Positions 39,285 to 51,300 of a DNA stretch of 64,000 bases are shown here, piece by piece; the stretch's first letter is position 1, and every line of letters begins with the position of its first letter. Below the pieces are notes generated by a model. That model was not told where the DNA came from, did not search any database, and saw only the letters and a list, made by a program, of their open reading frames with translations. The position numbers were made by a program, and so were the translations under genes. The stretch is from Eledone cirrhosa (taxonomy: Eukaryota). The stretch is taken from assembly GCA_964016885.1 (NCBI GenBank), contig OZ024757.1, positions 43,090,001 through 43,154,000 on the forward strand. The letters are read 5' to 3'.

Positions 39285-42200
39285 CAAGGCCGCCGGACCG
39301 TACTGCGCATGCGCCAAGGCCACCTGACTGTACTGCGCATGCGTCAAGGTCGCAGTACCGAACTGCGCATGCGCTAAGGCCGCCGGACCGTACTGCGCAT
39401 GCGCCAAGGCCGCCTGACTGTACTGCGCATGCGTCAAGGTCGCAGTACCGAACTACGCATGCGTTAAGGCCGCCGGACCGTACTGCGCATGTGCCAAGGC
39501 CGCCGGACCGTAGTGCGCATGCGCCAAAGCCGCCGAACCGTACTGCGCATGCGCCAAGGCCGCCGGACCGTAGTGCGCATGCGCCAAGACCGACTGACTG
39601 TACTGCGCATGCGTCAAGGTCCCAGTACCGAACTGCGCATGCGCTAAGGCCGCCGGACCGTACTGCGCATGCGCCAAGGCCGCCGGACCGCAGTGCGCAT
39701 GCGCCAGAGCCGCCGAACCGTAGTGCGCCTGCGTCAAGGTCGCCGGACCATACTGCGCATGCGCCAAGCCCTCCGGACCGTAGTGCGCATGCGCTAAGGC
39801 CGCCGAACCGTACTGCGCATGCGCCAAAGCAGCTGGACCGTAGTGCGCATGCGCCAAGGCCACGGGACGGTACTGCGCATGATCCAAGACCGCCGGATCG
39901 TACTGCGCATGCCCCAAGGCCGTCGGACAGTAGTGCGCATGTGCCAAGGCCGCCAGACCGTAGTGCGCATGCTCCAAGACCGCCGGATCTTACTGCGCAT
40001 GCCCCAAGGCCGTCGGACCGTAGTGCGCATGTGCCAAGGCCGCCAGACCGTAGTGCGCATGCGCCAAGGCCGCCGAACCGTACTGCGCATGCGCCAAGGC
40101 TGCCGGACCTTTGTGCGCATGCGGTTCGGCGGCCTTGGCGCATGCGCACTACGGTCCGGCGACCTTCCCGCATGCGCACTACGTTCCGGTGGCCTTGGCA
40201 CATGCGCAGTACGGTCCGGCGGCTTTGGCGCATGCGCACTACGGTCTGGCAGCCTTGGCGCATGCGCACTACGGTCCGGCGGCCTTGGCGCATGCGCACT
40301 ACGTTCCGGCGGCCTTGGCGCATGCGCAGTACGGTCCAGCGGCCTTGGCGCATGCGCACAAAGGTACGGCGGCCTTGGCGCATGCGCACTACGTTCCGGT
40401 GGCCTTGACGCATGCGCAGTACTGTCCAGTGGCCGTGGGGCATGCGCACTACAGTCCAGTGGCCTTGGCGCATGCGCAGTAAGGTCCGGCGGCCTTAGCG
40501 CATGCGCAGTAAGGTCCGGCGGCCATGGCGCATGCGCACTAAGGGCCAGCGGTCTTTGCGCATGCGCACAACGGTACGGCGGCCTTGGCGCATGCGCACT
40601 ACGTTCCGGTGGCCTTGACGCATGCGCAGTACTGTCCAGTGGCCTTGGCGCATGCGCAGTAAGGTCCGGCGGCCTTAGCGCATGCGCAGTACGTTCCGGC
40701 GGCCTTGGCGCATGCGCACTAAGGGCCATCGTTCTTTGCGCATGCGCACAACGGTCCGGCGGCCTTGGTGCATGCGCACTACGGTCCGGCAGCCTTGGCG
40801 CATGCGCACTACGGTCCGGCGGCTTTGGTGCATGCGCACTACGGTCTAGCAGCATTGGGGCATGCGCACTACAGCCCGGCGGCCTTGGCGCATGCGCAGT
40901 ACGGCCCGGCGACCTTGGCGCATGCGCACTACGGTCTGGCGGCCTTGGCGCACGCGCACCACGGTCCGGCGGTCTTGGCGCATGCGCACTACGGTCCGGC
41001 GACCTTGCCGCATGCGCACTACGTTCCGGTGGCCTTGGCACATGCGCAGTACGGTCCGGTGGCTTTGGCGCATGCGCACTACGGTCTGGCAGACTTGGCG
41101 CATGCGCACTACGGTCCGATGGCCTTGGCGCATGCGCACTACGTCCTGCTGGCCTTGGCGCCTGCACAATACAGTCCAGTGGCTTTGGCGCATGCGCAGT
41201 ACGGTACTGGGACTTTGATGCATGCGCAGTACAGTCAGGCGGCCTTGGCGCATGCGCACTACGGTCCGGCGGCCTTGGCGCATGCGCAGTACGGTGCGCA
41301 AAGAACGATGGCCCTTAGTGCGCATGCGCCAAGGCCGCCGGAACGTACTGCGCATGCGCTAAGGCCGCCGGACCTTACTGCGCATGCGCCAAGGCCACTG
41401 GACAGTACTGCGCATGCGTCAAGGCCACCGGAACGTAGTGCGCATGCGCCAAGGTTGCCGTACCATTGTGCGAATGCGCAAAGACCGCTGGCCCTTAGTG
41501 CGCATGCGCCATGGCCGCCGGACCTTACTGCGCATGCGCTAAGGCCGCGGGCCTTACTGCGCATGCGCCAAGGCCACTGGACTGTATTGTGCAGGCGCCA
41601 AGGCCAGCAGGACGTAGTGCGCATGCGCCAAGGCCATCGGACCGTAGTGCGCATGCGCCAAGTCTGCCAGACCGTAGTGCGCATGCGCCAAAGCCACCGG
41701 ACCGTACTGCGCATGTGCCAAGGCCACCGGAACGTAGTGCGCATGCGCCAAGACCGCCGGACCGTGGTGCGCGTGCGCCAAGGCCGCCAGACCGTAGTGC
41801 GCATGCGCCAAGGTCGCCGGGCCGTACTGCGCATGCGCCAAGGCCGCCGGGCTGTAGTGCGCATGCCCCAATGCTGCTAGACCGTAGTGCGCATGCACCA
41901 AAGCCGCCGGACCGTAGTGCGCATGCGCCAAGGCTGCCGGACCGTAGTGCGCATGCACCAAGGCCGCCGGACCGTTGTGCGCATGCGCAAAGAACGATGG
42001 CCCTTAGTGCGCATGCGCCAAGGCCGCCGGAACGTACTGCGCATGCGCTAAGGCCGCCGGACCTTACTGCGCATGCGCCAAGGCCACTTGACAGTACTGC
42101 GCATGCGTCAAGGCCACCGGAACGTAGTGCGCATGCGCCAAGGCCGCCGTACCGTTGTGCGCATGCGCAAAGACCGCTGGCCCTTAGTGCGCATGCGCCA

Positions 42201-43441
42201 TGGCCGCCGGACCTTACTGCACATGCGCTAAGGCCGCCGGACCTTACTGCGCATGCGCCAAGGCCACTGGACTGTAGTGCGCATGCCCCACGGCCACTGG
42301 ACAGTACTGCGCATGCGTCAAGGCCACCGGAACGTAGTGCGCATGCGCCAAGGCCGCCGTACCTTTGTGCGCATGCGCCAAGGCCGCTGGACCGTACTGC
42401 GCATGCGCCAAGGCCGCCGGAACGTAGTGCGCATGCGCCAAGGCCGCCGGACCGTAGTGCGCATGCGCCAAGGCTGCCAGACCGTAGTGCGCATGCGCCA
42501 AAGCCGCCGGACCGTACTGCGCATGTGCCAAGGCCACCGGAACGTAGTGCGCATGCGGGAAGGTCGCCGGACCGTAGTGCGCATGCGCCAAGGCCGCCGA
42601 ACCGCATGCGCACAAAGGTCCGGCAGCCTTGGCGCATGTGCAGTACGGTTCGGCGGCCTTGGCGCATGCGCACTACGGTCTGGCGGCCTTGGCACATGCG
42701 CACTACGGTCCGACGGCCTTGGGGCATGCGCAGTAAGATCCGGCGGTCTTGGAGCATGCGCACTACGGTCTGGCGGCCTTGGCACATGCGCACTACTGTC
42801 CGACGGCCTTGGGGCATGCGCAGTACGATCCGGCGGTCTTGGATCATGCGCAGTACCGTCCCGTGGCCTTGGCGCATGCGCACTACGGTCCAGCTGCTTT
42901 GGCGCATGCGCAGTACGGTTCGGCGGCCTTAGCGCATGCGCACTACGGTCCGGAGGGCTTGGCGCATGCGCAGTATGGTCCGGCGACCTTGACGCAGGCG
43001 CACTACGGTTCGGCGGCTCTGGCGCATGCGCACTGCGGTCCGGCGGCCTTGGCGCATGCGCAGTACGGTCCGGCGGCCTTAGCGCATGCGCAGTTCGGTA
43101 CTGGGACCTTGACGCATGCGCAGTACAGTCAGTCGGTCTTGGCGCATGCGCACTACGGTCCGGCGGCCTTGGCGCATGCGCAGTACGGTTCGGCGGCTTT
43201 GGCGCATGCGCACTACGGTCCGGCGGCCTTGGCACATGCGCAGTACGGTCCGGCGGCCTTAACGCATGCGTAGTTCGGTACTGCGACCTTGACGCATGCG
43301 CAGTACAGTCAGGCGGCCTTGGCGCATGCGCAGTACGGTCCGGCGGCCTTAGCGCATGCGCAGTTCGGTACTGCGACCTTGACGCATGCGCAGTACAGTC
43401 AGGTGGCCTTGGCGCATGCGCAGTACGGTCCGGCGGCCTTG

Positions 43442-43497
43442 AAAATGGTTAAACTGCATCATAAATTACTAAAATAACTCAAAATGGCTAAATATGG
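43442..43497 (+). repeat. AT-rich spacer, short (56 bp)
   Basis: Mirror of 39229-39284 about the axis at ~41363. Confidence 0.95.
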
Positions 43498-46229
43498 ACT
43501 GTACTGCGCATGCGCCAAGTCCACCAGGACGTAGTGCGCATGCGCCAAGGCCATCGGACCGTAGTGCGCATGCGCCAAGTCTGCCAGACCGTAGTGCGCA
43601 TGCGCCAAAGCCACCGAACCGTACTGCGCATGTGCCAAGGCCACCGGAACGTAGTGCGCATGCGGCAAGGTCGCCGGACCGTAGTGCGCATGCGCCAAGA
43701 CCGCCGGACCGTAGTGCGCGTGCGCCAAGGCCGCCAGACCGTAGTGCGCATGCGCCAAGGTCGCCGGGCCGTACTGCGCATGCGCCAAGGCCGCCGGGCT
43801 GTAGTGCGCATGCCCCAATGCTGCTAGACCGTAGTGCGCATGCACCAAAGCCACCGGACCGTAGTGCGCATGCGCCAAGGCTGCCGGACCGTAGTGCGCA
43901 TGCACCAAGGCCGCCGGACCGTTGTGCGCATGCGCAAAGAACGATGGCCATCTTAGTGAGCATGCGCCAAGGCCGCCGGAACGTACTGCGCATGCGCTAA
44001 GGCCGCCGGACCTTACTGCGCATGCGCCAAGGCCACTTGACAGTACTGCGCATGCGTCAAGGCCACCAGAACGTAGTGCGCATGCGCCAAGGCCGCCGTA
44101 CCGTTGTGCGCATGCGCAAAGACCGCTGGCCCTTAGTGCGCGTGCGCCATGGCCGCCGGACCTTACTGCGCATGCGCCAAGGCCACTGGACTGTAGTGCG
44201 CATGCCCCAAGGCCACTGGACAGTACTGCGCATGCGTCAAGGCCACCGGAACGTAGTGCGCATGCGCCAAGGTTGCCGTACCATTGTGCGCATGCGCAAA
44301 GACCGCTGGCCCTTAGTGCGCATGCGCCATGGCCGCCGGACCTTACTGCGCATGCGCTAAGGCCGCGGGCCTTACTGCGCATGCGCCAAGGCCACTGGAC
44401 TGTATTGTGCAGGCGCCAAGGCCAGCAGGACGTAGTGCGCATGCGCCAAGGCCATCGGACCGTAGTGCGCATGCGCCAAGTCTGCCAGACCGTAGTGCGC
44501 ATGCGCCAAAGCCACCGGACCGTACTGCGCATGTGCCAAGGCCACCGGAACGTAGTGCGCATGCGCCAAGACCGCCGGACCGTGGTGCGCGTGCGCCAAG
44601 GCCGCCAGACCGTAGTGCGCATGCGCCAAGGTCGCCGGGCCGTACTGCGCATGCGCCAAGGCCGCCGGGCTGTAGTGCGCATGCCCCAATGCTGCTAGAC
44701 CGTAGTGCGCATGCACCAAAGCCGCCGGACCGTAGTGCGCATGCGCCAAGGCTGCCGGACCGTAGTGCGCATGCACCAAGGCCGCCGGACCGTTGTGCGC
44801 ATGCGCAAAGAACGATGGCCCTTAGTGCGCATGCGCCAAGGCCGCCGGAACGTACTGCGCATGCGCTAAGGCCGCCGGACCTTACTGCGCATGCGCCAAG
44901 GCCACTTGACAGTACTGCGCATGCGTCAAGGCCACCGGAACGTAGTGCGCATGCGCCAAGGCCGCCGTACCGTTGTGCGCATGCGCAAAGACCGCTGGCC
45001 CTTAGTGCGCATGCGCCATGGCCGCCGGACCTTACTGCACATGCGCTAAGGCCGCCGGACCTTACTGCGCATGCGCCAAGGCCACTGGACTGTAGTGCGC
45101 ATGCCCCACGGCCACTGGACAGTACTGCGCATGCGTCAAGGCCACCGGAACGTAGTGCGCATGCGCCAAGGCCGCCGTACCTTTGTGCGCATGCGCCAAG
45201 GCCGCTGGACCGTACTGCGCATGCGCCAAGGCCGCCGGACCGTAGTGCGCATGCGCCAAGGCTGCCAGACCGTAGTGCGCATGCGCCAAAGCCGCCGGAC
45301 CGTACTGCGCATGTGCCAAGGCCACCGGAACGTAGTGCGCATGCGGGAAGGTCGCCGGACCGTAGTGCGCATGCGCCAAGGCCGCCGAACCGCATGCGCA
45401 CAAAGGTCCGGCAGCCTTGGCGCATGCGCAGTACGGTTCGGCGGCCTTGGCGCATGCGCACTACGGTCTGGCGGCCTTGGCACATGCGCACTACGGTCCG
45501 ACGGCCTTGGGGCATGCGCAGTAAGATCCGGCGGTCTTGGAGCATGCGCACTACGGTCTGGCGGCCTTGGCACATGCGCACTACTGTCCGACGGCCTTGG
45601 GGCATGCGCAGTACGATCCGGCGGTCTTGGATCATGCGCAGTACCGTCCCGTGGCCTTGGCGCATGCGCACTACGGTCCAGCTGCTTTGGCGCATGCGCA
45701 GTACGGTTCGGCGGCCTTAGCGCATGCGCACTACGGTCCGGAGGGCTTGGCGCATGCGCAGTATGGTCCGGCGACCTTGACGCAGGCGCACTACGGTTCG
45801 GCGGCTCTGGCGCATGCGCACTGCGGTCCGGCGGCCTTGGCGCATGCGCAGTACGGTCCGGCGGCCTTAGCGCATGCGCAGTTCGGTACTGGGACCTTGA
45901 CGCATGCGCAGTACAGTCAGTCGGTCTTGGCGCATGCGCACTACGGTCCGGCGGCCTTGGCGCATGCGCAGTACGGTTCGGCGGCTTTGGCGCATGCGCA
46001 CTACGGTCCGGCGGCCTTGGCACATGCGCAGTACGGTCCGGCGGCCTTAACGCATGCGTAGTTCGGTACTGCGACCTTGACGCATGCGCAGTACAGTCAG
46101 GCGGCCTTGGCGCATGCGCAGTACGGTCCGGCGGCCTTAGCGCATGCGCAGTTCGGTACTGCGACCTTGACGCATGCGCAGTACAGTCAGGTGGCCTTGG
46201 CGCATGCGCAGTACGGTCCGGCGGCCTTG

Positions 46230-46285
46230 AAAATGGTTAAACTGCATCATAAATTACTAAAATAACTCAAAATGGCTAAATATGG
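46230..46285 (+). repeat. AT-rich spacer, short (56 bp)
   Basis: Copy of 43442-43497 at offset 2788. Confidence 0.95.
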
Positions 46286-48098
46286 ACTGTACTGCGCATG
46301 CGCCAAGTCCACCAGGACGTAGTGCGCATGCGCCAAGGCCATCGGACCGTAGTGCGCATGCGCCAAGTCTGCCAGACCGTAGTGCGCATGCGCCAAAGCC
46401 ACCGAACCGTACTGCGCATGTGCCAAGGCCACCGGAACGTAGTGCGCATGCGGCAAGGTCGCCGGACCGTAGTGCGCATGCGCCAAGACCGCCGGACCGT
46501 AGTGCGCGTGCGCCAAGGCCGCCAGACCGTAGTGCGCATGCGCCAAGGTCGCCGGGCCGTACTGCGCATGCGCCAAGGCCGCCGGGCTGTAGTGCGCATG
46601 CCCCAATGCTGCTAGACCGTAGTGCGCATGCACCAAAGCCACCGGACCGTAGTGCGCATGCGCCAAGGCTGCCGGACCGTAGTGCGCATGCACCAAGGCC
46701 GCCGGACCGTTGTGCGCATGCGCAAAGAACGATGGCCATCTTAGTGAGCATGCGCCAAGGCCGCCGGAACGTACTGCGCATGCGCTAAGGCCGCCGGACC
46801 TTACTGCGCATGCGCCAAGGCCACTTGACAGTACTGCGCATGCGTCAAGGCCACCAGAACGTAGTGCGCATGCGCCAAGGCCGCCGTACCGTTGTGCGCA
46901 TGCGCAAAGACCGCTGGCCCTTAGTGCGCGTGCGCCATGGCCGCCGGACCTTACTGCGCATGCGCCAAGGCCACTGGACTGTAGTGCGCATGCCCCAAGG
47001 CCACTGGACAGTACTGCGCATGCGTCAAGGCCACCGGGCCGTAGTGCGCATGCGCCAAGGCCGCCGTACCGTTGTGCGCATGCGCCAAGGCCGCTGGACC
47101 GTACTGCGCATGCGCAAAGGCCACCGGAACGTAGTGCGCATGCGCCAAGGCCGCCGGAACGTAGTGCGCATGCGCCAAGGCCGCCGGACCGTAGTGCGCA
47201 TGCGCCAAGACTGACAGACCATAGTGCGCATGCGCCAAAGCCGCCGGACCTTACTGCGCATGCGCCAAGGCCACTGGAGCGTACTGCGCATGCGCCAAGG
47301 CCACCGGAAAGTAGTGCGCATGCGCCAAGGGCGCCGGACCGTAGTGCGCATGCGCCAAGGCTGCCAGACCGTAGTGCGCATGCGCCAAGGCCGCCAGACC
47401 GTAGTGCGCATGCTCCAAGACCGCCGGATCTTACTGCGCATGCCCCAAGGCCGTCGGACCGTAGTGCGCATGTGCCAAGGCCGCCAGACCGTAGTGCGCA
47501 TGCGCCAAGGCCGCCGAACCGTACTGCGCATGCGCCAAGGCCGCCGGACCTTTGTGCGCATGCGGTTCGGCGGCCTTGGCGCATGCGCACTACGGTCCGG
47601 CGACCTTCCCGCATGCGCACTACGTTCCGGCGGCTTTGGCGCATGCGCACTACGGTCTGGCAGCCTTGGCGCATGCGCACTACGGTCCGGCGGCCTTGGC
47701 GCATGCGCACTACGCTCCGGTGGCCTTGGCGCAATTGCAGTACGCTCCAGTGGCCTTGGCGCATGCGCAGTAAGGTCCGGCGGCTTTGGCGCATGCGCAC
47801 TATGGTCTGTCAGTCTTGGCGCATGCGCACTACGGTCCGGCGGCCTTGGCGCATGCGCACTACGTTCCGGTGGCCTTTGCGCATGCGCAGTACGGTCCAG
47901 CGGCCTTGGCGCATGCGCACAACGGTCCGGCGCCCTTGGCGCATGCGCAGTATAGTCCGACGGCCTTGGCGCATGTGCACTATGTATCGGCGGCCTTGGC
48001 GCATGCGCACTACGGTTAGGCGGCTTTGGCGCATGCGCACTACGATCACGCCGTCTCGGCGCGTGCGCAGTAAGGTCTGGCGGTCTTGGCGCATGGGC

Positions 48099-48333
48099 AC
48101 GTCATCAAAAAGGACTAACATGGCCGAAATGTCATCATGTATGTCTGAAATTACAACAAAATGGCTAAGACGGCATAATAAATGACTAAAGTGACAATAA
48201 AATGCTAAAACCGTATCATAATTGACTAGAATGACTCTAACACGACTGAAACGTCTAAAATGACTATAAATGGCTCTAAAATGGTTAAACTGCATCATAA
48301 ATTACTAAAATAACTCAAAATGGCTAAATATGG
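48099..48333 (+). repeat. AT-rich spacer, medium (235 bp)
   Basis: Mirror of 37211-37445. Confidence 0.95.
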
Positions 48334-51300
48334 ACTGTACTGCGCATGCGCCAAGGCCACCAGGACGTAGTGCGCATGCGCCAAGGCCATCGAACCGTAG
48401 TGCGCATGCGCCAAGTCTGCCAGACCGTAGTGCGCATGCGCCAAAGCCACCGGACCGTACTGCGCATGTGCCAAGGCCACCGGAACGTAGTGCGCATGCG
48501 GCAAGGTCGCCGGACCGTAGTGCGCATGCGCCAAGACCGCCGGACCGTAGTGCGCGTGCGCCAAGGCCGCCAGACCGTAGTGCGCATGCGCCAAGGTCGC
48601 CGGGCCGTACTGCGCATGCGCCAAGGCAGCTGGGCTGTAGTGCGCATGCCCCAATGCTGCTAGACCGTAGTGCGCATGCACCAAATCCACCGGACCGTAG
48701 TGCGCATGCGCCAAGGCTGCCGGACCGTAGTGCGCATGCACCAAGGCCGCCGGACCGTTGTGCGCATGCGCAAAGAACGATGGCCCTTAGTGCGCATGCG
48801 CCAAGGCCGCCGGAACGTACTGCGCATGCGCTAAGGCCGCCGGACCTTACTGCGCATGCGCCAAGGCCACTGGACAGTACTGCGCATGCGTCAAGGCCAC
48901 CAGAACGTAGTGCGCATGCGCCAAGGCCGCCGGACCGTTGTGCGCATGCGCAAAGACCGCTGGCCCTTAGTGCGCATGCGCCATGGCCGCCGGACCTTAC
49001 TGCGCATGCGCCAAGGCCACTGGACTGTAGTGCGCATGCCCCAAGGCCACTGGACAGTACTGCGCATGCGTCAAGGCCACCGGAACGTAGTGCGCATGCG
49101 CCAAGGCCGCCGTACCGTTGTGCGTATGCGCCAAGGCCGCTGGACCGTACTGCGCATGCGCAAAGGCCACCGGAACGTAGTGCGCATGCGCCAAGGCCGC
49201 CGGAACGTAGTGCGCCTGCGCCAAGGCCGCCGGACCGTAGTGCGCATGCGCCAAGACTGACAGACCATAGTGCGCATGCGCCAAAGCCGCCGGACCTTAC
49301 TGCGCATGCGCCAAGGCCACTGGACCGTACTGCGCATGCGCAAAGGCCACCGGAACGTAGTGCGCATGCGCCAAGGCCGCCGGACCGTAGTGCGCATGCG
49401 CCAAGGCCATCGGACCGTAGTGCGCATGCGCCAAGTCTGCCAGACCGTAGTGCGCATGCGCCAAAGCCACCGGACCGTACTGCGCATGTGCCAAGGCCAC
49501 CGGAACGTAGTGCGCATGCGGCAAGGTCGCCGGACCGTAGTGCGCATGCGCCAAGACCGCCGGACCGTAGTGCGCGTGCGCCAAGGCCGCCAGACCGTAG
49601 TGCGCATGCGCCAAGGTCGCCGGGCCGTACTGCGCATGCGCCAAGGCCGCCGGGCTGTAGTGCGCATGCCCCAATGCTGCTAGACCGTAGTGCGCATGCA
49701 CCAAAGCCGCCGGACCGTAGTGCGCATGCGCCAAGGCCGCCGGACCGTAGTGCGCATGCACCAAGGCCGCCGGACCGTTGTGCGCATGCGCAAAGAACGA
49801 TGGCCCTTAGTGCGCATGCACCAAGGCCGCCGGAACGTACTGCGCATGCGCTAAGGCTGCCGGACCTTACTGCGCATGCGCCAAGGCCACTGGACAGTAC
49901 TGCGCATGCGCCAAGGCCACCGGAACGTAGTGCGCATGCACCAAAGCCGCCGGACCGTAGTGCGCAGGCGCCAAGGCCGCCGGACCGTTGTGCGCATGCG
50001 CAAAGACCGCTGGCCCTTAGTGCGCATGCGCTAAGGCTGCCGGACCTTACTGCGCATGCGCCAAGGCCACTGGACAGTACTGCGCATGCGCCAAGGCCAC
50101 CGGAACGTAGTGCGCATGCGCCAAGGCCGCCGGAACGTAGTGCGCATGCGGGAAGGTCGCCGGACAGTAGTGCGCATGCGCCAAGGCCACCGAACCGCAT
50201 GCGCACAAAGATCCGGCGGCCTTGGCGCATGCGCAGTACGGTTCGGCGGCCTTGGCGCATGCGCACTACGGTCTGGCGGCCTTGGCACATGCGCACTACC
50301 ATCCGACGGCCTTGGGGCATGCGCAGTAAGATCCGGCGGCCTTGGAGCATGCGCACTACGGTCTGGCGGCTTTGGCACATGCGCACTACGGTCCGACGGC
50401 CTTGGGGCATGCGCAGTACGATCCGGCGGTCTTGGTGCATGCGCAGTACCGTCCGGTGGCCTTGGCGCATGCGCACTACGGTGCAGCTGCTTTGGCGCAT
50501 GCGCAGTACGGTTCGGCGGCCTTAGCGCATGCGCACTACGGTCCGGCGGGCTTGGCACATGCGCAGTATGGTCCGGCGACCTTGACGCAGGCGCACTACG
50601 GTTCGGCGGCTCTGGCGCATGCGCACTGCGGTCCGGCGGCCTTGGCGCATGCGCAGTACGGTCCGGCGGCCTTAGCGCATGCGCAGTTCGGTACTGCGAC
50701 CTTGACGCATGCGCAGTACAGTCAGGCGGCCTTGGCACATGCGCACTACGGTCCGGCGGCCTTGGCGCATGCGCAGTATGGTCCGACGGCCTTGGCGCAT
50801 GTGCACTATGTATCGGCAGCCTTGGCGCATGCGCACTACGGTTCGGCGGCTTTGGCGCATGCGCACTACGGTCATATGGCCTTGGCGCATGCGCACTACG
50901 GTACTGCGGCCTTGTCGCATGCGCAGTACGGTACTGCGGACTTGGCGCATGCGCAGTACGGTCAGGCGGCTTTGGCCCATGCGCACTACGGTCCGGCGGG
51001 CTTGGCGCATGCGCAGTATGGTCCGGCGACATTGACGCATGCGCACTACGGTTCGGCGGCTCTGGCGCATGCGCACTGCGGTCCGGCGGCCTTGGCGCAT
51101 GCGCAGTACGGTCCGGCGGCCTTAGCGCATGCGCAGTTCGGTACTGGGACCTTGACGCATGCGCAGTACAGTCAGGCGGCCTTGGCGCATGCGCACTACG
51201 GTCATATGGCCTTGGCGCATGCGCACTACGGTACTGCGGCCTTGTCGCATGCGCAGTACGGTACTGCGGACTTGGCGCATGCGCAGTACGGTCAGGCGGC

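Larger units (their letters stand above)
33150..41150 (+). repeat. Tandem duplication, unit ~3.9 kb (offsets 3905-3995 owing to whole-monomer indels)
   Basis: Spacer pairs 33306/37211 and 35264/39229; ORF pairs 33341/37246, 34768/38763, 35309/39274. Confidence 0.85.
41400..47030 (+). repeat. Tandem duplication, unit ~2.8 kb, inside the right palindrome arm
   Basis: ORF offsets 2818 (41525/44343) and 2788 (43289/46077); a shared 1-bp deletion ccgcgggcc occurs at ~41548 and ~44366. Confidence 0.87.
36630..48900. repeat. Large inverted duplication (quasi-palindrome), axis ~41363, with a ~350-bp asymmetric centre
   Basis: Mirror ORFs 39274..40473(-)/42253..43452(+) and 39249..39437(-)/43289..43477(+) have coordinate sum 82726. 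Outer mirrors 37246..37734(+)/47810..48298(-) and 36800..37249(+)/48295..48744(-) have sum 85544. Confidence 0.88.
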
